A stretch of DNA of 64,000 nt from positions 39,432,001 to 39,496,000 of the forward strand of contig OZ320322.1 of NCBI GenBank assembly GCA_976226885.1, given 5' to 3'. Source of the DNA: Iphione sp. A-MEVVRFRX5. Lineage: Eukaryota. Positions 27,251 through 39,400 of the stretch are shown piece after piece (position 1 is the stretch's first letter; each line of letters opens with the position of its first letter). The notes under the pieces are model-generated. The model was not told where the DNA came from and did not search any database. It was given only the letters and a program-made list of their open reading frames with translations. The position numbers and the translations under genes are program-made.

Positions 27251-29934
27251 ACATGTTTTAGACACTGTTCCTCTTTCTTTACACAACCATTTCTCTATAT
27301 CCTAATCATCCTGGTGTGTCCGTGGTCCGGAAATAAATTAACATTGTCCGTTTTCAGTCCATAGACATCTCAAGACCATGGACCACAGGCCACACACCAG
27401 GTACACATGGAAAGATACCGCTTAGAAAGCCTTAGATCATTTTCCCCTATACACACATACAAGGAGTCTATGTCTGTATACATGGAAAGCAGGTCTTTTT
27501 CCAGAATGAGTAAACATTGTTGATAATTATAAACATGAACACTTGAAAACATGATACAATGTTGGTGAGGCACTGTTTATTATGAAATCCTACTATTGAT
27601 TATTTGTATAAAAGATCAGGAAATTTTAATCAAGATATTATATTCTCTTAAAACCTGGGATATTTACTGAAATTTCATCTTTGCAGGAACAACTACCTCA
27701 GAAGAGGCTCATCATTAACATACATATGCCAGTCATTTTACATAAATATGGGACTTCTTATGAAAACATTTCTTGTTATTTCAAATGTTTTAAAATCTCT
27801 TCATACGGTATCATTCAGCAAACTTAGGAATATTCGTTGAGTACCATCTAAGAAGGATGTAACTGAAAAGGTTTCCCCTCAATCAGCCAAGGAAGATGAA
27901 GCTCACTCGACAGATTTGCAAAATAAATACCTAGGGCTAAGTTGAACAAGAATTGAACAGAGAATCAACTGACCCACTGCTGAGCAGACAAAACACTACC
28001 GGAAGTAGAAGTGGGGGAAATTTAGAAGTATTTAATAGTGCCAGCAATAAACAAAATGTTTGTAATTGTATCCACTGCCAATGAAATCAGTCATCTGCAA
28101 GATTCAAGCCGTGAATGATTCTAAATACCATGCAATGCAAAGTTGGCTAATGTTCAAGCCTCAAAACAATAGGTCAATTGCATTTTGGCTGGAGTATTCT
28201 GCGTTATATTCAATCCCAGAATCAATGTAAAATATTACAAAACAAAGTTGAGCAATGTCCAAGCCTCCCAGTGATAGGTCAACTGCCTTTTTGTTTCATG
28301 TATTGTGTAGAATGCCATCTGAGCCTAATGTCTTTAATCAGTGCCTTGCTGTTTCAACCGTGAAATGTGCATACTTCAATACCAGTGTGGGGTGTTTGAC
28401 TATAAGACAGAGCACCATAACAGGTAAATCTTCAGGTTACCGTTCCATAAGGGCTGCCACCCTCCATGCACTTGCTTTAGGATCGACAAAGCCAATTTGC
28501 CAAATTCCCTCACAGACACAGGAGTCTTTGTCTCTAGGTACCAACAGAAGTATTAATGTCAGCATTACCTTTTTGTAAACGTTCATGAGTTTCTATATCC
28601 AGCTTTGACTCTATGCCTTTGTACTTAGAAAAGAGACTTAATATACAAGTACACATGTATGGTGGTAAGTGTCCCTTGAGTATAGCTGTCTCCCATGCGG
28701 TGTTGTCCAATTAGTAGCTGTCCATTGGCCCAGTGTATGAGGCGCTGTGCATACTGTATTACGAGATTTGGCAACGAGTATCACTTCCACCTGCGTATAC
28801 TTTATTGCCTTGTTCGAAATCACTGGCCACAATACATGATATTCATATTTGGATACTAAAGTATTTCGAGTTATCTGCTGCCCTGTCCCCTCATATCTTC
28901 CTAAACTAGTGTACTTTATATCTGTTTTGTTTCTTTATGTATCTGACCCTCTCGATTCACATGCGCACACTGACGCACCATACACAAGCACACACAAAAT
29001 ACATGTATTTCTCAAGTCCTTCATCAACATAAAGACCCATATTCTAACGGTACGTACATGTTGATAATGGATTTATCTTTACAGTTTCCTGCTATAATTT
29101 AAATTGCACGGTGCCGCCCCCCCCGCAATCTAATGACTTTACAAACAGCATATACTGCTTAATCGACACACTCTGGCGGAACCAAGTGTGAGAAATCAGC
29201 TGAAATAGTTCACAGAACTGTCAATTCTCACATATCTGATAAGTGTCAGTAATTGAGGGACTACAGTATTTATCAAATAACAATAGTTTCGATAGAACAT
29301 TTATTAAACGAAATTGAGGAGTTGGCACTCATTATCATGTCGAGACAGGGAGCTCATACAAACCTTTGTCACTGAACTCGCTAAGATGTTAGTATAGCTG
29401 GCTGAAAGATCGGTATTCAATTGATTGGTAGGTATTATGCATAGATGTGTTGATTTGAATGGAAATGCGTATTTACTTTTAAAGATACGTGTATATTTTA
29501 GGTGAGGGTATTACACTGATACCGTCAAATACTTAAACATTATCGTTCTTTTGTGTACCTGAAGGTAGGGGGGGGGACCTTCGATTGTACTACTCCCCTA
29601 TGTATCCAACGTCTGCACATCACTCATCACTGAAGCGAGATAGGAATGATAGCAAACTTCCCCAACCCCACCCCTACCCCCTCCTTATTGCAGACCCACA
29701 GTTTCTGCTGAAGGGGCTGCCTCGGAGGCTGTTTACTTCCCTTATTGCTCCTTCCCACTCTCCCTCTTTCCATCAACTCCCAGATCCAAACACTCACGGT
29801 AAGCAGTGCTGCCCGCGTCACTCCCATCGGGCAAGGTGGCGATATTTCTGTGCGGGAGGGAGCTGTCTGTTTGTGCGTGTGTTTATCTCTCCTTATGCCT
29901 GTCGCTGTAACCGTGCGAAAACCAAAGTGGGTGC

Positions 29935-29935
<1 letters not shown>

Positions 29936-29966
<31 letters not shown>
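29936..29966. repeat. (TG)n microsatellite
   Basis: About 15 uninterrupted TG units. Confidence 0.97.
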
Positions 29967-29969
<3 letters not shown>

Positions 29970-32099
29970 TAACGCTGTGTCGCCCGCTTTGTTGAAGCTC
30001 AATACAGAAGGGGGCAAAAGATCGGAAAGATGCTTCGGGGCAGTGTCATCTACATTGACATTCAGTGGGAGCTCGCAGCACAGCGAATTTCTTATCAAAA
30101 CAGAACACTAGCATGAACTGATGTAATGACACATATTTCAATGACTTCTTAATTATATCCCCACAATACGTTGCTTAGAAACATGAAAGCGTGCGAACAT
30201 CCACGATGTAAAAGTAAACACATGAATATCATACAGATACGAAAATATTTCCGATGCTGTTGTCAGTTGTCCATGTTGCTGGTACTCTTCAATACTGCCA
30301 CCGTTTTTTACTTTGTACAATATCATTATGCCCTTGATCCGCTCTCTGTACCTCTCTCTCTCTCTCAGTTTTAAATTTGACTCTCTATCTCTTTACCTAT
30401 GCTACTTTTCTCCCTGGTGGGTGAGATCGTCTCAAATCCTTGTATGACTCATATGCTCTCATTCACTGACGGAGACATGAAAGCTGAGGCCGACGCTCTG
30501 GATGAGGCCTGGGTAGCCATTTCACGTAGGTGGAAACCTCCGGGTCCGCCCGTCTTTGACTTGATGTCACCAACCAGGAATGAGACGACATTAGCTCGAG
30601 CAGAATCTCAGTTCTATTCATGTGTTGTTTTTTTCTTCCTGAAACAATTAGGCCACTGGTTCTATTCTAGCTTTAAAACAAGGACACATAGTCAGAGTGT
30701 GGGTGTACCTCTAGTAAGCAAAGGTATCAGTAGAGCAGTATGGCTAAGGCCAGTGTTTAAACAAGAGGAAAGTAATGATGTAACTAAAAGGGCTTTTGAT
30801 TTATAAATGTAATAGACATCCCGTTTTGAAAAGTGTCCTCCGTGTAGTAAGATACAACTAAATCGAAGCACGTGCCACTGAACCTTTGCAATGTGCCAAT
30901 TTGCACGTAATCTCACTTACTGGGTAACCCATTCGTACTGAATTTCTTTAAATGTAGCATATTATACCGATTATTCTCTATGTACGAATGTCTGTGTCAA
31001 GTTCATTATGCTTTGTTAGATGAACAAGATCGCAGTAGGTTAAAAAGTCACAACGAATAAGATGGTTGTGAATGCACGTGCCTCCAGGAAGCCTCGCTTC
31101 GCGTCATAACAAAACTCACTCATGTAGGACGTTAGTGTAATTTAACTGATGGTTAAGTTAATGTATTTGATTGCCATTGTATTGAGATTCCAAGTCGGTA
31201 CGTTATAAAAACGTGTTTTTATGTGACTCAGTGCAGCTGATAAGAAAAGCATTATTTATTAGGACCTAGATAATCTAAGTAAATGTAATATATCAAAATC
31301 ATTCCAAATATCAAAACATGTGGCTGTCCAGGAAATGAAAAAGGATTCCAGTTTATACAGAAGCAACTATGGGGCTGTGGCATCCCAGTCTAACAGAACA
31401 CGTTGGTTTATGGTAACCCTCGAAGCACTGTTAGATCAGTTACGGAGCTTGGAGATGTGAAACCTTGAAAAGGGTTTCTACACTTCATCTCCCTTAAAAC
31501 ATTTCTCTTGAAGTACATCTGAAAGATCAAGAACTGGCAGGTTAAGAAAATAGTTAACAAAATACACACACGTGTAGTGTATTGCAGGAGCATTGCTACC
31601 AGCTATATTTTTCATTCCTATTTTCCTAGTGCAACGGATTCAACAATGCATACCATCTTGAAGTATCTGCGCAGCTTACAATTTCTTGTCTTTCGAAACA
31701 TTTATGGCTACCATCCCACACATTTGCTATGCATTGAATATCCATATAACTCGTAACAAGTACCGCGTCAAAAATCATACGTTTTCTTTGGTTCCCTGCC
31801 TTATCACTTCTGCCGTTTTATAAGTCTGATAATTTCGGAAAATAACGCAAAATGACCATCGACCACTTTGTGGTCTGTCCCTAAGATGGCATTTCGCTGC
31901 TGCAGAATATCCTCTCATCCCCCTTCTTTCTCCTCTCATTCCTCCTCTACTGTCCCCGCAGCTGCCGACAGCCTACCACCATCAGTGCCCAGCTCATCAA
32001 TTCATCCATTCTCACCTGATAGACCCGGATGTCTCCGACCTGACATAGTGCAGGCTCTTCCTACCACATCATAGCCTCTCATGTATTGCGCATACACCA

Positions 32100-32300
32100 G
32101 AAACAAAACAACTTGTTGACCGCGTCGTCAGCGGCGTCTGGGGCTCGGTCAGAATCGATCGGACTCTGATTGGAGGTAGGCGGTGGGAAGGGGGAGGGTG
32201 TGGTATGCTGCTTGGCACGGCGGACACTTCCTGTGGCGCCGTCGGTAGGACGGCAGGGGCTTGGGACACTGGGGAAGTAGACGGGCGGGAAGTAACGGAT
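32100..32300. promoter_or_regulatory. CpG-rich island with CCAAT, ETS and GC-box motifs
   Basis: ATTGG (32169-32173), ACTTCCTG (32226-32233), GGGCGGGAAGT (32283-32293). Confidence 0.3.
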
Positions 32301-33000
32301 GGGCACCTTTTAAGTCAAGTCACAGATAAGGTTCTTTGCTAAGTTACCGCTGTTCTGTACATTAGCTGAGGATGTCAGCTGCTATCGTATGCCAATGGTA
32401 GGTAGGTGGGTACATCGAAAAACACCGAAAGAAAAGTCTTTATATTATCGGTTTAGAATATTTGTGCAAAAGAAGAATGTATTTTCTGATTTGCTATGCC
32501 ATTTGTAGTCATGTATCAGGCCTTACAAAACAAGCAATATATTTTATGCCCACCCAAATATTTATTGACCCAGTTCAAGCAACCCATACTTGCACATGTG
32601 TTTTGTACCCATGCTTATTAATTATATCATATGTGATAGCGACACAGACGTGATATTTTTCAGTAAATTTCATGACACAAATTTAAATGCCCATACCTTT
32701 ATTGTCCCCTGCCTCATAGAGGGGGGACATTAGGAATCCTGCTGGCTGGTGTCCCAACCATCCATCACACTCTTGTGGGTCCTATAAGTCTCAAACCCTT
32801 CACTCAAAAAAACTGATTTTAATATAAGATATGGGTATATGGCCCCATGGCACTGGTGATTTTGGTAGTAATTCAAGTATTTTGAAGGTGAAATCATGCC
32901 AATTTTACTCTTTTCCTAACACACCTATAAACATACATACCTGGTTCAGGGGTTCCTAGGTCTGATAATGCACATACATACATACTCAGTGTTCAGTCAT

Positions 33001-33079
33001 GCAGAACCAAGGGTTTGTAGCAGTCTGGTGCACAGTGAGGCAGAACCGAGGGGTCTGTGCCCGATCAGGCAGAACCGAG
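33001..33079 (+). repeat. Three copies of GCAGAACC(A/G)AG
   Basis: Starts at 33001, 33040 and 33069. Confidence 0.7.
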
Positions 33080-33746
33080 AGTTGAAAACCTGAAGGACTT
33101 AAACAAGTTTAGACAACTACCCCCAAAACAAGCTGCCAATCAAGGTGGTTGTAAGGCGAGAGAGACACTACACACACACACATACACACACACTCATTTT
33201 CTCTCTTTTTTTCTCCCCCTCTCCCCCCTCCCCCATTTTTTTTGGGCAGTTGATGGCGGGGGACAATAGACCTCACAGGTCCACACTCTTGTTTTTATGA
33301 GAAATACAATCTCTAGTATATTATCTTCTTGTTATTTACCTATGTATGCACTTATTGTATAGCTCATTCTGTTCTCTTTATTTCCCTTTGTATGAGCTTT
33401 AGTGTATTGCAAAGGAAGCAGAAGAAATAAATGTGCAGACATTTCATGTTGCTGACATTCTCTGTTCATTTCTGGTAAGAAATTTAAACGATATCGTACA
33501 ATCACCTGTTAATGTGACGGATCTCAAAATTTCCACTTACATACATTTTATCATAGTTATGTCGTATTCATTATATATTGAGCGTCCACAAAGTATAAAT
33601 GCTTCTCTAACGTATCAAAGGTTCTAACTTAGCAAGAAAAAAGTTATGAATATGAAGGTTCGCGGCGGCCGGTCTGAAAAGACATGGAAAATTTGGGGAC
33701 AGGCAGTCCATTTCTTTCGACGGGGTAGCAAACGACACGGATACAC

Positions 33747-33776
33747 TTTCAAGTTTTCAAGTTTTCAAGTGTTTAT
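33747..33776 (-). repeat. LINE 3' tail: AATAAA signal followed by about 3 copies of ACTTGAAA
   Basis: Plus strand reads tttcaagttttcaagttttcaagtgtttatt. Microsatellite tails of this kind are characteristic of CR1/L2-clade 3' ends. Confidence 0.8.
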
Positions 33777-35472
33777 TCAAGATCTCCATAGGCAGTTACA
33801 GAGCTTTCCAAGTGAAAAAATTGTGTACTATCCAAACAATTGTAATAACAGTAAAGTCGAAATGTGTAAAAAAGTCAAGACGATTTGAATACAGAATCAC
33901 TCTCTTCCTCTGACAAGTTCTAATCTATATAGACTGTTGGCATGCAATCACAGTTTCAATTATCACATAGTCTTTTCATATAATCAGAATTTCAAGACAT
34001 CTTATGTGTCGATACATATGACAGCACCTGTAAACCTGATATTATATAGGGGACGTCAGTAAAAATATCCTAGTAATATTCCGAGTCACATCACTCATAC
34101 TGTTTTCGTGGTCTTTGTCTCAAGCTATTGCATTCATGCCCATTCAACCCATAATCTTACTCGTCTCTCAGCCACTCACAAACATTTTACTCTGCAGGTT
34201 ATATACCTCTTGATCTTGCTCGTCATTCATTTCCACTGGTTTGCTTTGTAGACATCACCATATATCCTTATCACTCATGATTATCAGTTCCATACATACT
34301 CTTCACCACTCACTCAGCCTCAGTTCGAAAAGGGCCATGATGTTTGCCTACTGATTCTCTGAGCATGGCGCAGTATGTTGCAGTAGGTACATACATACAG
34401 AAATGCATGTATGTATTGGTGTTGATACGATTGTGAGTTTTATTTTGATTCTTTCTATTAAAAATTGTGTGTCAGTGTGTGTTGTTCTTGTGCAAGATTG
34501 TCTTGTTGGATGTGATTGCACTATGTTGTCTGTGATGTAATGTATGAAGAAGCGAGCAAATTAGCAAATGGTTCATTTCTTTGAACATTTCGAATTCCTT
34601 CTGTTTATCCGTGTGTCAGGGTGTGCCCTCTCCTATCCAAATTTCCACATCCTCTTACTACACTCAGAACTCTAAGGGGGAGTCTTCAGAAATTGCCATA
34701 CTATTCCCAACTCTCTTGATTTCTTGAATTTTTAGTTCTGATCTCGATGCTCCTGTAGAAGTCGCCTTCTGGTGAGTTTGGTTGTGTTTTTTACGTCTCT
34801 TCGCAGTTCATTCCACTTCCTCATTCCAGCGTATCGCAGACTAGACGCAAACCTTGCACTACGCGGTCTCGGAGTTGTCCCCCTGATCTCTTGTCCTTTT
34901 CTCGTCCGAGATCCTTTTTCTAGATCCACTAGCCCCAGTCTTATCTGGTTGTGCATTGCTATCAATCCTCTCGTCCAGATCATTTCCTCCACCCTGGGAA
35001 TCTGGAACCTAGCACTCATTACAGTTGCAGGGATGAAGGATTCTCGCTGTAGACACACTCTCATGCATCGGTTTAGATGAATCTGAAGTTTTATCTTATC
35101 AGATTCCCCTAGACCAAACCAGATAGCACTATGATAGTGGTAATGGGGCAGTATGAGGCTCTTGAGTAAGAGCACCCTTGCCTTTATGGGTAGGTACCCT
35201 TTGGTTCTACCAATACACAGGGCTGTTCCCCATGTTCGGCTCCTTACTTTTTTGATGCTTTCTTTCATTGTGAGTTTCCCATCTAGGACATAACCAAGTA
35301 GATCCACCGATGTTTCCATTTTGAGTGGTTCACCTCTCAAAGACAGGTCAAGCGGTATCCCATCCACTTTCCCAAGTGGGCAATACACACATTTGTCGAC
35401 ACTTAATCCGCTTTGACATTCTGTTATCATGCCCACTATAGGTGTATACTCGAAATACAAATATGTAGATCT
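33753..35472 (-). mobile_element. 5'-truncated non-LTR retrotransposon (CR1 group: L2/Crack/Daphne-like), apparently young
   Basis: Contains a stop-free RT C-terminal frame (34732-35472), about 1 kb of 3' non-coding sequence, then AATAAAC followed by an ACTTGAAA-repeat tail on the minus strand (33747-33776). Bounded by an 11/12 direct repeat, ATACACTTTCAA (33741-33752) and ATACACGTTCAA (35473-35484), read as the target-site duplication. Confidence 0.85.
34732..35472 (-). pseudogene. LINE ORF2 fragment: reverse transcriptase C-terminal/thumb region, lacking the endonuclease domain and the YADD catalytic core
   Basis: The 250-aa ORF carries the motif order typical of CR1/L2-type RTs: LSVDKC (LNxxKT), SVDLLGYVLDGKLTMKESI (KxLGVxLDxxLxWxxHI), LLLKSLILPHYHYHSAIW (LYxxLIxPxxxYCxxxW), KLQIHLNRCMR (KLQxxQNRxxR), FASSLRYAGMRKWNEL (FxYxGxxxWNxL). 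The first four codons (MNVY) lie in the flanking TSD, so the listed start is an artefact. Confidence 0.85.
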
Positions 35473-36009
35473 ATACACGTTCAAAAGTGAAAATACTAAT
35501 AAAGGGTAAAAGAAGGCGAGAGATCATATGCATTTATTTCAATAACACCTATTTTAATGGGGCCTAGATCTTTACTCTGCTTCAAAAATAAATACATGTA
35601 CATGCAGTGTCATCATCGCTTATAGGTACAACCATTATTGCAATTTTCAAAAAAAAATCACATGAGGCTATGATAAAACAGTCTTCACGTGAAGAAACAA
35701 GTCTAAATCAGTGATGCACCTCATGGAGACCTATAAGCTCGAGTCCAGTTCATCTCGAGACGGCTGGACGGATGGGAGGAGAGGAATACGTATCTTCTCT
35801 CGACCCGGCTCTCCTGCATGTTAACACGCAGTTCGTGTGCGGGCCATCGTCATGCTATACTCGGCAATATTTGCCCCGCACGTCTGACTTCAGTGATGAT
35901 TCAAATGCTGGGCAGCTTCGCTCCGCACTCCCTTACCTTATACTCAGCCTGCCTTACCTCCGAGGCCGCATGCAGGCCTGGGGCGATTCAAAATCAAACC
36001 TTTAGAATA

Positions 36010-36437
36010 TGTATAAGCAGGGCATATGCGAGGCCTAGATGGCGGGTAATGATCATGCTAAATGGCTACTGATTGGTTTATTGATCCCGGCCTTATATGG
36101 GTGGGGTATGCCCTCCGGCCAATGTTGAGAAGGCGAGTTCTGATGGCAGGCCGGGACGGCAAGAGGAGAGGACAGTGTCATTTGATGACAATTCACCGTC
36201 GTTGTCGTCTTCGTCCAACCTGCCCCCCCCCCCAATTCTGCCCTGCTTCCACCCCATCCCCGCCGCACTCTGTGAGCGCAGCGCAGCAGCACACTTCCCT
36301 GCCAGATATAAATAGAAAACTGCCTTCATCGGTCTATAATTAATTCATATCAGCGCTTCGTCCCTGATTCTGGCGTGTGTTGAATAAAGCCGCTTAAGGA
36401 ATCCTTGTCTATGACTTCCTTGGCCGAACCTGGTTCA
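36010..36437 (+). mobile_element. Solo-LTR-like segment
   Basis: Starts TG (36010), GC-rich U3-like body, TATAAATA (36307-36314), AATAAA 76 bp later (36383-36388), possible CA end (36436-36437). No terminal inverted repeat or TSD found. Confidence 0.22.
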
Positions 36438-39400
36438 TGTAGGTGCTGACAGTCAGTAGGAGTAGCTGCTGCATTATTTCCCGCTAATCCCCGAAATAAT
36501 TCGTGTTCGTAACGGCCCGCCTATTATAAGAAAGCCGTGTCTGTGCACACAGACCCTTTCAGCAAACCTCTGTGTTATCGGCACTGCTTTCGAAAGGGTC
36601 CGTAATTCAAGGATCTTGATTATCCTGCGAAGTTTTCATTCTCCTTGATTCGAGCATACATGTAATTCTGCCGAACTTCCAGGACGAGCAATGGACAGCA
36701 GATCCGAGATAGCATGCGTTTACTTCTAAAGATCTAGAGCTCAAAACAGAAATATTTTGTTAATGATATACATATTGGGAATAGTTGTCGAGATACATTG
36801 CCGAAATTGCAGAATTGTAGAATTTGCAGAAATACGACGTCTGAAGCACCTGAATTAGGCGTATGCCTGAATTACTTGAATAAGACGTATATATGTTATG
36901 AATAATATATATATATGGACAGTTCAGTTGTAATGGCAAGGATCAACCGATCAGATGCTTCGCGACTATATTGATTCAACGAAGTAACGTATAGGGTGGA
37001 TGAAAGATCAGTCATCTTTTCGGTTTTTCTCGATCATTTACAGTTAACCCTATGGGGGCAAGTAATACACCCAGTCATTCCCAGGCAAAACTGATGATTC
37101 CTGATGATGCCTGAGGCCTTTCCCTGTAAAGGGCAAATGATACCTTGAGGCATCATAGATTAAGGTACATTTCTGAAGTGTTTCTGGATTTTTTTAATGA
37201 TTTTTCATACAGGAACAACAGAAAACATTTTGAGTCGGCTTATTGTCATTACTAATGAGAATGACCCATACTTATTTTTACACTGTGTATGCCACAGACA
37301 TGGAATGGTATTGACATATAACATCCCTCGCCCTTTGGGAGGATATCTACCCAGAAACCCTCGCTCTCTAGTTAATTCATCTCTTATCTATTCGAGTCCT
37401 CAATGGGATTAAAGGTAACAGGAGCTCTTTCCTCGAAAGTGCCAATTGCTTCCAGTTTATTCATCACCTCAAACAATTGTTTCCGTATGGAGAGTGCAGT
37501 CAGTAAATTGTTTTAAAACAATTCTTTTGGGCACCAGGCTGCTAAAGATATAGTCGTTTACACATATTTCATTGAAGTGAAACATTTTCTAGGAGCATTG
37601 ATCTGTGTACGTGTATGCCTGTTAAAGCTGAATTTATAAGCATCTGTAAAAAAAAAAATGCGTCTACGGGTCCGCAGCCGTGAAATATCTCCTGCTGTGT
37701 TTATTTAAGGCCATCTGTATGCAATACCAGATGTCTATCTACCACTGCTTCCTACGAGAAATGGATGGGTGTCCGCAAAAAATGTGTGGGGTGGGGTTTG
37801 AATACAGATACATGTCCGTGTCCGTTTTGATACAGATGCATGTGAAAATAATAGTATAATTGCTTTTGATGGATGAAATCCGCCCATGGATCCGTATACG
37901 TTTTGAAAAAAATACGGATGCATATGTACACCGCCAATGCTTTCCGCTACATCGCATACAACTTCTTCAAGTTGACCAAATCTACGTACATAATAAAAGA
38001 ACTTATGCTTACTTTAGGAACAGTGTGAATGCTTAAACAGCTGCTAATTCCTATCTCTTATAAGCAACTCATGTTCTTAAAATTGGTATGAAAACCCATT
38101 GCTTACCTGGCTCTAAAGTTGATATTGGAATCATTGGTATATTTTTCAGAATCCGCTCTCTGTTTCAAGAAAAATTTGACTCAGCTTTCCCTGCATCCGT
38201 CTACAGTGACCTGGCGTTGACGGGTACAGCCTGTTAGTATAAAGAGCAACGGGGCCGTCAAGGGTGTGGCTGACTCTGTGTGACATTTTAGACACCGAGA
38301 ATGTAATGGCCAGGTGGCAAATAGCATACACATAGCTTTATCATACTGTAGGTAAAGCCCGAAAGAAAAGCGAATGAATACAATGATTTGCCTCAACAGA
38401 ACAGACATCTGATCCACAAAAATGTGATCATGAAAGCAGTGTGCATTACATAACCTGATACGTGCGTCTGTAGTCAGTTTACAAGAACATCACATCAGCT
38501 TACATTTCAAGAGATTTTACAGTGAGGGCATTGTGCTAGGCGGCAGAGACATTCAATAAGCCAAATAATTTTCAATAGAGGAAGTGAATTTGCAAGGAGG
38601 AAGAGTATGAGGGGGAAATAAGGGTAAGGATAAGAAGGTAAGGAAGAAGGAGAAGAACTCACATTTAAGTAAAACTCAGTCATTGCTTGTGCTGATGGAA
38701 ATTCTGACGCGCTGTATGCTCGAATTCCAGGGATAAGTAGCAGTTAATTTTAATAATATAATTGCCTTTCACATAATCATATGTGTTGGGTATTGTATAT
38801 GTCGAAATGTAATTGCCGACCCCTACGAATGGACTCGCCCGTGGCTAGTAATTTGGCGTCCTCTCTGGTGTGTTAGCTTTTCGCCGTGATACTAACTAAC
38901 ACATACACACATACGTATTTATATGTATGTAAACATATACATGCGCACTATTTCATGAGGTATAGAGTTCATGACTAAAATGCAGTGCAGAAATGACCAC
39001 TTATTCGTTCAGTACATCTGAAGAAGTATGAAGACTTTCATCTCCCATAGCATCAGAATGAACTGGTGTAATGCCGAAGGCATTTACTACTTCATATGCG
39101 GGATGAGATTTAGACACGGTGCACATGTGAATCTGCTCAGACACACCTTCAAGGTGTATCCGACGCTCCCCATGTATTGCGTTGGTGGTCGTAGTATATG
39201 GAGGAAGCCCCTCTAGTTGCTCCTCCTCCGCCCACGCAATGCCTCCATCCTGCCGGTCCGTTGTTCTACATGCAATACCTGTCCCCTCTCGCAAATACCT
39301 CCGGTAACCTGCCTATAGCCTCAACTTCCCTATCGTACTGTGTGTCTCTTTATTTGCCCGTCCCTACCTGGGCTTTATGTGCATCACTACGTTTCTCTAC

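Noticed and set aside
28255-28578. Tyrosine-recombinase-like SGYRSIRAATLHALALG
   Set aside because: Catalytic HxxR and Tyr residues are not properly placed.
37101-37158. SECIS element or C/D snoRNA
   Set aside because: Helix II too short and no AUGA in the required position; C and D boxes are not in a usable order or spacing.
38107-38159. 53-nt minus-strand candidate exon with good splice signals
   Set aside because: Two frames are open, neither recognisable, and it does not chain in phase with the ankyrin-like candidate.
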